Assembly: GCA_963809485.1 (NCBI GenBank)
Contig: CAWEJX010000008.1
Span: 32,001-96,000, forward strand
DNA length: 64,000 nucleotides
DNA from: an uncultured Acidobacteriota bacterium
GTDB taxonomy: Bacteria > Acidobacteriota > UBA6911
Direction of reading: 5' to 3'
Shown piece after piece: positions 58,527-64,000 of the stretch. The notes under the pieces are model-generated. The model was not told where the DNA came from. It saw only the letters and a program-made list of their open reading frames with translations, and ran no database searches. The translations under genes and the position numbers were made by a program. The stretch's first letter is position 1. Each line of letters begins with the position of its first letter.

Positions 58527-61028
58527 ATGGAAGACCTCACACCAATGATGAAGCAATACCATGAGGTCAAAAGGCGCTTTCCGGGCAAGCTTGTCTTCTT
58601 CCGTCTGGGCGATTTCTACGAGATGTTTTACGAGGATGCAGTTCTGGCGTCCCGGGAACTGGAAATCACCCTCACTTCCCGCAACAAAGATAAGGGCGGG
58701 GCCCCAATTCCCATGTGCGGAGTTCCCTATCATTCTGTCGACGGGTATATCGCCCGCCTGATGAAAAAGGGACACAAAATCGCGATTTGCGAACAGGTGG
58801 AAGATCCCAAGACGGCAAAGAAGCTGGTTCATCGCGAGGTTACGCGGGTTCTGACGCCGGGAACCGTGGTCGAGGAAATGCTCCTGGAACCCAAGGACCA
58901 CAACTACCTGGCCAGCCTGTGCATCAGGGAAAATGCAGCCGGTTTGGCATTCATGGACCTTTCGACCGCTGATTTCCTGTCTACTGAATTTCTGGGAGAT
59001 GGGTTTTGGCAGAAGGCCGTGGATGAGCTGACCCGCTTTTCTCCGCGCGAGATTGTCCTTGCCGATCAATCCAGCCGGGAGATACAGCAAAGCCTCATCC
59101 GGGACTGGTCCGAGGATTGGGTTCCCAGCCCATTGGAGGATTGGGCCTTCAACCTGGATTATGCGCAGCGTGTTCTCCTGGAGCACTTCAATCTCGCCAG
59201 CCTTGACGGTCTCGGCGCCGCCGGCCGGTCGCTGTCCCTGTGCGCCGCCGGAGCCCTGATCCACTACCTCAGGGACTCTCAGCTCGCCCAGCTGGGTAAA
59301 GTAGCGACTCTTCATTTCTTCGAGCCGACAGAGTTCATGAAGCTGGACGCCTCGACCGTGACGAACCTGGAGCTGGTCCATGCCCTGGACGGATCGAAAA
59401 AGGGATCGCTTCTGTTTTTTCTCGATCAGACAAAAACGGGAATGGGAGCGAGGCTGCTCAAGTCCTGGCTCCTGCTGCCGTTGCTGGCCCTGGATGAGCT
59501 CCACCGGCGGCAGGATGCGGTCCAGGCCCTGACCGCCGGCGTTCAGGCCCATGGCCGGCTTGCGAATAAACTGGCGGAAATTCACGACCTGGAACGGCTC
59601 ATAAGCCGCGTGCTGGTGGGAGTCGCCGGACCGCGCGAACTGCTTGCGCTGCGCGATTCCCTCCGAACCATTCCCTCGGTGCAAAGCCTGCTGGAGGTTT
59701 TCCATGCACCGCGCCTAAGCGAGATTCGGGGGCAGCTGGATACCCTGGACGAGGCTGTCAGCCTGATCGAGGCAGCGATCGCCGAGGATCCGCCCGCTTC
59801 TGCGAGCGATCCGGGCATTATCCGGGCCGGCTACTCCCGGGAACTGGATGAGCTGCGCTCGATACGTCACAGCGGAAAAGGCTACATCGCTTCCCTGGAG
59901 GCTCGGGAGAGGCAGAAAACCGGGATTCAATCTCTCAAGGTCAAATTCAACCAGGTATTCGGTTATTTCATCGAAGTCACGAACTCCAACCTTGCTCTGG
60001 TGCCCCCGCACTACATCCGCAAACAGACGCTGGTGAACTGCGAGCGTTTTGTGACACAGGAGCTGCAGGAGTACGAAGAAAAAGTCCTGGGGGCGGAAGA
60101 ACGTATCGCGGCGCTGGAAAAGGAGCTTTTTTCAGAGGTGCGCCGGGCTGTCGGCATACAGGGCACACGCGTTCAGGCCACGGCCCGACTTCTGGGGGAA
60201 CTGGACACCTATGCGGCGCTGGCCGAAATTGCCATAAAAAATGACTATGTGCGCCCCCAATTGACAGACGGCGATGAAATATACATCCGCCAGGGGCGCC
60301 ATCCTGTGGTTGAATTGCAGAGCCGCCCGTTCATTCCCAATGACCTGTACATGAACTCAACCACGGACCAGCTCATCATCCTGACCGGGCCCAATATGGG
60401 CGGCAAGTCGACTTATCTGCGGCAAACGGCGCTTATCGTGATCCTGGCGCAAATGGGTTCCTTTGTCCCGGCAAAAGAGGCGCGCCTGGGTTGCGTGGAC
60501 CGGATCTATACGCGGGTCGGCGCCTCGGACAACCTTGCCCGCGGACGATCCACTTTCATGGTCGAAATGATCGAGACCGCCAACATCCTCAATACCGCCA
60601 CCCACCGCAGCCTGATTCTTCTGGATGAAGTGGGCCGCGGGACAGCAACTTTTGACGGCCTCTCTCTGGCATGGGCCATCGCGGAATACCTCGTTCAGAA
60701 TCCGTCCCATCGCGCCAAAACTCTATTTGCCACGCACTACCACGAGCTGACCAAAATGTCTCAAGTCCACTCCGGAGTGAAGAATTACTGCATGGCCATT
60801 CAGGAAGCCGGCAAGGAGATCGTTTTTCTCAGAAAAGTCACTCCGGGAGCGGCGGACAAGAGCTACGGCATCGAGGTGGCACGCCTGGCCGGGATGCCCC
60901 GGGAGGTTGTCGCAAGAGCCAATGAAATTCTGGAGCGCCTGGAAAAGAAAGAAATCGATCTTACAGGGCGTTCGCGCAGGCGTCCGGCCGATGAAGTCCT
61001 CGATGAAATGCAGCGATCGCTCTTTTGA
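58527..61028 (+). CDS. mutS: DNA mismatch repair protein MutS
   Basis: TPMMKQY, GDFYE, TGPNMGGKST, STFMVE, DEVGRGT, FATHYHEL. Confidence 0.97.
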   Translation: MEDLTPMMKQYHEVKRRFPGKLVFFRLGDFYEMFYEDAVLASRELEITLTSRNKDKGGAPIPMCGVPYHSVDGYIARLMKKGHKIAICEQVEDPKTAKKLVHREVTRVLTPGTVVEEMLLEPKDHNYLASLCIRENAAGLAFMDLSTADFLSTEFLGDGFWQKAVDELTRFSPREIVLADQSSREIQQSLIRDWSEDWVPSPLEDWAFNLDYAQRVLLEHFNLASLDGLGAAGRSLSLCAAGALIHYLRDSQLAQLGKVATLHFFEPTEFMKLDASTVTNLELVHALDGSKKGSLLFFLDQTKTGMGARLLKSWLLLPLLALDELHRRQDAVQALTAGVQAHGRLANKLAEIHDLERLISRVLVGVAGPRELLALRDSLRTIPSVQSLLEVFHAPRLSEIRGQLDTLDEAVSLIEAAIAEDPPASASDPGIIRAGYSRELDELRSIRHSGKGYIASLEARERQKTGIQSLKVKFNQVFGYFIEVTNSNLALVPPHYIRKQTLVNCERFVTQELQEYEEKVLGAEERIAALEKELFSEVRRAVGIQGTRVQATARLLGELDTYAALAEIAIKNDYVRPQLTDGDEIYIRQGRHPVVELQSRPFIPNDLYMNSTTDQLIILTGPNMGGKSTYLRQTALIVILAQMGSFVPAKEARLGCVDRIYTRVGASDNLARGRSTFMVEMIETANILNTATHRSLILLDEVGRGTATFDGLSLAWAIAEYLVQNPSHRAKTLFATHYHELTKMSQVHSGVKNYCMAIQEAGKEIVFLRKVTPGAADKSYGIEVARLAGMPREVVARANEILERLEKKEIDLTGRSRRRPADEVLDEMQRSLF

Positions 61029-61109
61029 TTCCCAGGCGGCCCTGCGCTTCACGGCTTTGGAGTTCAGGGCGGAAGCATAGGTGCACTGAAGCGGCGGCAG
61101 GAACGCAAA

Positions 61110-61493
61110 CCGGCAAAACCGGAGGCTTGAAAGATTTGAACCGCTCAAAGCGGTTGGACTAGTTACGCCGGTCTTGAACGCTGACTTACGCGGGCAAAAG
61201 CCGATGAGGCGCTTCCGATCACCGCAGGGGCCAGCGCTCCGCGCTGGACAGTTTTCTGCGGCGGCACTGTGGCAAGCGCCGTACGGCAAGGAGATGAAGG
61301 GTATGAGAAACCGGGCGTTTGCCACAGTGCCGCCGCAGAAAACTCCATCGGAAGCGCCTCATCGGCTTTTGCTCGCCGACCCTCGCCGAACAAATCGGCG
61401 TTTGTCAGCGCTTTTATCAGCGTTTCTCAGCGTTTCAAAATACGGAGCTGTCAAACTCTTTGAGTCTTCCGGCAGAGCCGGGGGTTTACCAAT
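61110..61493 (-). mobile_element. Family 1 element, copy F (full length)
   Basis: Same nested IR1/IR2 layout as copy B; core 61276-61318; TTAC just outside the left end on the minus strand. Confidence 0.8.
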
Positions 61494-61533
61494 GTAATTA
61501 TGAAGAGTCCGGCGTGACGGACCGGGCGCATCC

Positions 61534-63285
61534 ATGACCTTGAGAAACTATTCGAAGCTGCAATCACCTCTCGCGCACGCGCTCGTGCTGCTCGCGATTT
61601 CCCTACCCTATTTCATAAATCTGGGGAAATCCTCCATCTGGGACGCCAACGAAGCTTTTTACGCGGAGACGCCCCGCGAGATGCTGGTCACCGGGGACTA
61701 CCTCGCGCCTCAATTTAATTTTCAGCCTCGTGCACAGAAGCCTCCTCTCACCTACTGGATTGTCCTGGCTTCGTACAAGGTTTTCGGGGTCAGCGAATTT
61801 GCGGTCCGGTTGCCCTCGGCTCTTGCCGCTGCGGGCACGATTCTTTTTTCTTATGCAACCGCGCGGATGCTCTTCAATCCGCATGCTGCTCTCATGGCCG
61901 CCCTGGTCATCGCCGCAACCCCGCGCATTTTCATACTGGCGCGCAGACTGCCCATTGATGTCCTGCTGTTGTTTTTTCTGTCTGGAGCGCTGTTTTTCCT
62001 GGTGCGCTCCGTTCAACAAAACAGGACAAGCGCCTGGGCACTTGCGTACTTGTTTGCCGGCCTGGGCTTTCTAACCAAAGGCCCCATAGCCCTCGTCATA
62101 CCCGCAGGCTCCTATCTGGTATGGGCGTTCTGGGGACGCCGGCTCCGATGGTCGGACGTGCATTTCTGGATGGGCTCGGCGATTTTGCTGGCGGTGGTGC
62201 TGCCCTGGTACGTGTGGATTTATCGAGCACACGGCTGGATGTACATTTCCCCCTTCTTCCTGAGAGATAATCTCGGGCGGTTTGCATCCCAGTCTCTCGG
62301 ACCCTCCAGGGGACCGCTGTACTATACAACCGTCTATATTGCAGACTTTTTCCCCTGGTCGCTGATGGCGCTGGTCGCCGTGTGGCTGTTATTTTCAAGC
62401 CGCAAAACGGAACAACCGATGAAAAGCCTTTCCTGGGGATTGCCGCTGGCATGGTGCGGGCTGATATTTGTTCTGTTTTCGCTGTCGAAAAACAAGCAGG
62501 AATATTATATCGCTCCCATGTATCCCCTGGCGGCGATCATACTTTCCGGCATTCTGGACAAAAGCCTGTATCGGACGATTCGAGAGGGCGCCTTGCATGC
62601 TCCGGCTGCACCGGAACCGATGAAGGCCCAAGCTGCTGCCTTGCGCTGCTGGCGCTGGCTGTACGCTCTGCTATGCGTGCTTTTTATTGCGTTGTCCGCC
62701 ATCCTGGCGTTTGCGCTGCGGGCATTCATGCCCAACCTGCCGCCCGTGCTGCGCTATATCCCATCGCTCGTTTTCGGGGCGGCAGGCATTCTGACAGCCT
62801 GGAGCCTTGTCCGCGGCAAAATCGGGCGGTGTTTTCCTATCCTTGCCGTATCACTGGTAACGGCCTACTGGATATGTCCCTGGTTTTACCTGCCGGCGGC
62901 GGAAGCTTTCCGCCCGGTCAAGGATTTTTGCCGGATTATCGAATCGCATTCGCGTGCGGACGACGAAGCGGGCTATTATGGGACGGCGCTGCCCAGCATG
63001 GTTTTTTACCTGCGGCGGCCTGTTTTCGAGGAAAACCATGCGGAAGGCATGCGGCGCAGGTTTGAATCGGGCCGGCGGGTTTTTTGCATATTGAGCGGGA
63101 AGGATTACGCGCTTTTCGCGCGTCGCGGAGCTGCGGCCCTATACATATTGGACCGCCGCCCCCGTTTGGCCTTGCGCATGCGCTCGCTGCTGAGTTCCGG
63201 CGGGTCCCCTGGAGAGGAAATGCTGCTGGTGTCCAACCGCCCGGACTCGGCGCTGGCATTCAATAGGGATCGCCCGACATCATGA
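61534..63285 (+). CDS. ArnT/PMT-like membrane glycosyltransferase (GT-C)
   Basis: NEAFYAETPREM, KPPLTYW, AVRLPSALA, LTKGP, YIAP.YP; polytopic. Confidence 0.88.
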   Translation: MTLRNYSKLQSPLAHALVLLAISLPYFINLGKSSIWDANEAFYAETPREMLVTGDYLAPQFNFQPRAQKPPLTYWIVLASYKVFGVSEFAVRLPSALAAAGTILFSYATARMLFNPHAALMAALVIAATPRIFILARRLPIDVLLLFFLSGALFFLVRSVQQNRTSAWALAYLFAGLGFLTKGPIALVIPAGSYLVWAFWGRRLRWSDVHFWMGSAILLAVVLPWYVWIYRAHGWMYISPFFLRDNLGRFASQSLGPSRGPLYYTTVYIADFFPWSLMALVAVWLLFSSRKTEQPMKSLSWGLPLAWCGLIFVLFSLSKNKQEYYIAPMYPLAAIILSGILDKSLYRTIREGALHAPAAPEPMKAQAAALRCWRWLYALLCVLFIALSAILAFALRAFMPNLPPVLRYIPSLVFGAAGILTAWSLVRGKIGRCFPILAVSLVTAYWICPWFYLPAAEAFRPVKDFCRIIESHSRADDEAGYYGTALPSMVFYLRRPVFEENHAEGMRRRFESGRRVFCILSGKDYALFARRGAAALYILDRRPRLALRMRSLLSSGGSPGEEMLLVSNRPDSALAFNRDRPTS

Positions 63286-64000
63286 AATCCAGAATATTTG
63301 TCCTAGTGAAGCTGGCGGTCACCACTCTGATGTTCGTCTACCTTTTCCGGAAGATCGAATTCCGTCAATTTGGCGACATTCTTCAGAATGCACAGCTGGG
63401 TATCCTGATGGCCGGATTCCTCGTGATATGGATGGCCCATTTTATAGTCATTTTTCGCTGGCGCCTGCTCATGCGCCCGCTGATGGCGGTGCCTTCGGTT
63501 GCGATTCTCTTTGGCATTTATTGTATCGGCCTTTTTTTCAATCTGACCTTCCCGACCGTGGTAGGAGGCGATGTCGTCAAGATCTATTACGCAGGCAGGC
63601 CCACCCGATCCTATGCGCAGAGTTTTGCCTCCACATTCCTGGACCGCGACGCGGGAATGCTGGCCATGATGATCATCGCCTGCGTCGCCATTCTCATTCA
63701 CCCGGTTCATGTCCCCGGTGTTCCGGTGCCACTTATCATCTGGGGCGTTTTCGCGCTTTTCATCTTCGGCAATATCGCCCTATTCGCGCCATATTTCCAC
63801 CGGCTGCTGACCGGTTTGCTGCGCCGTATGCGCCTGACGAAAATTGCCGCGAAAATCGATACCATTTCCAGCGCATTTCAGATCATGGGCCGCCAGCCGG
63901 GCGTACTCCTGGGGGCTCTGTCCATCTCATTCGTCAACCAGCTGCTGGTCATCTCCGTGACCTGGATCCTGGCGATGGGACTTCACCTTCATTTGCCATT
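63282..64000 (+). CDS. Lysylphosphatidylglycerol synthase TM / UPF0104 flippase-like protein (runs off window)
   Basis: ATGA overlap with the preceding stop; translates as MKSRIFVLVKL...FRW...GLFFNLTFPTVVGGDVVK...LDR. Not in the ORF track because it has no stop in the window. Confidence 0.85.
   Translation, partial: MKSRIFVLVKLAVTTLMFVYLFRKIEFRQFGDILQNAQLGILMAGFLVIWMAHFIVIFRWRLLMRPLMAVPSVAILFGIYCIGLFFNLTFPTVVGGDVVKIYYAGRPTRSYAQSFASTFLDRDAGMLAMMIIACVAILIHPVHVPGVPVPLIIWGVFALFIFGNIALFAPYFHRLLTGLLRRMRLTKIAAKIDTISSAFQIMGRQPGVLLGALSISFVNQLLVISVTWILAMGLHLHLP

Noticed and set aside
3287-61493. CRISPR array interpretation of the 24-26 bp repeats
   Set aside because: The repeats are inverted and dispersed, not direct repeats with unique regular spacers, and no cas genes are present.
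3287-61493. Replichore-dependent orientation bias of family 1 copies around dif
   Set aside because: Both orientations occur on each side (left: 3 minus, 2 plus; right: 1 plus, 1 minus), so there is no signal in this small sample.

Overview
Bacterial chromosomal segment (GC-rich, gene-dense, diderm with LPS) made almost entirely of core genes. It contains a partial nuoI, lpdA-lipB-E2, a complex I-like operon nuoA-B-C-D-H-I-J-K-N, tRNA-Leu(CAG), dcd-lptE-holA, rpsT, phoH-ddl, psd-pssA, recO-glyQS, ino1, ppdK, lpxD, xerD, fused lptF/G, miaB-recN, tolQRAB-pal-cpoB-ssb-selD, a DnaC-like ATPase, HtrA, tsaB-rimI, mutS and an ArnT-like transferase. The fused LptF/G, the Ig-domain Pal and the gene order suggest Acidobacteriota (inference). 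Notable points: (1) Intergenic spaces carry at least two families of non-coding elements with IS200/IS605-like hairpin ends. Family 1 has 7 copies built from nested inverted repeats, and its 43-45 bp core occurs in both orientations relative to the ends. (2) A good 28-bp dif site lies at 38944-38971, 2.7 kb from xerD, with KOPS-like octamers mostly pointing toward it, so the window probably spans the replication terminus. (3) selD has an in-frame UGA at its catalytic position followed by a SECIS-like hairpin, which the ORF track truncates. (4) The nuo operon lacks nuoL and nuoM as well as nuoEFG. No transposase, phage or CRISPR system was found. All calls are by eye from motifs and synteny; no searches were run.
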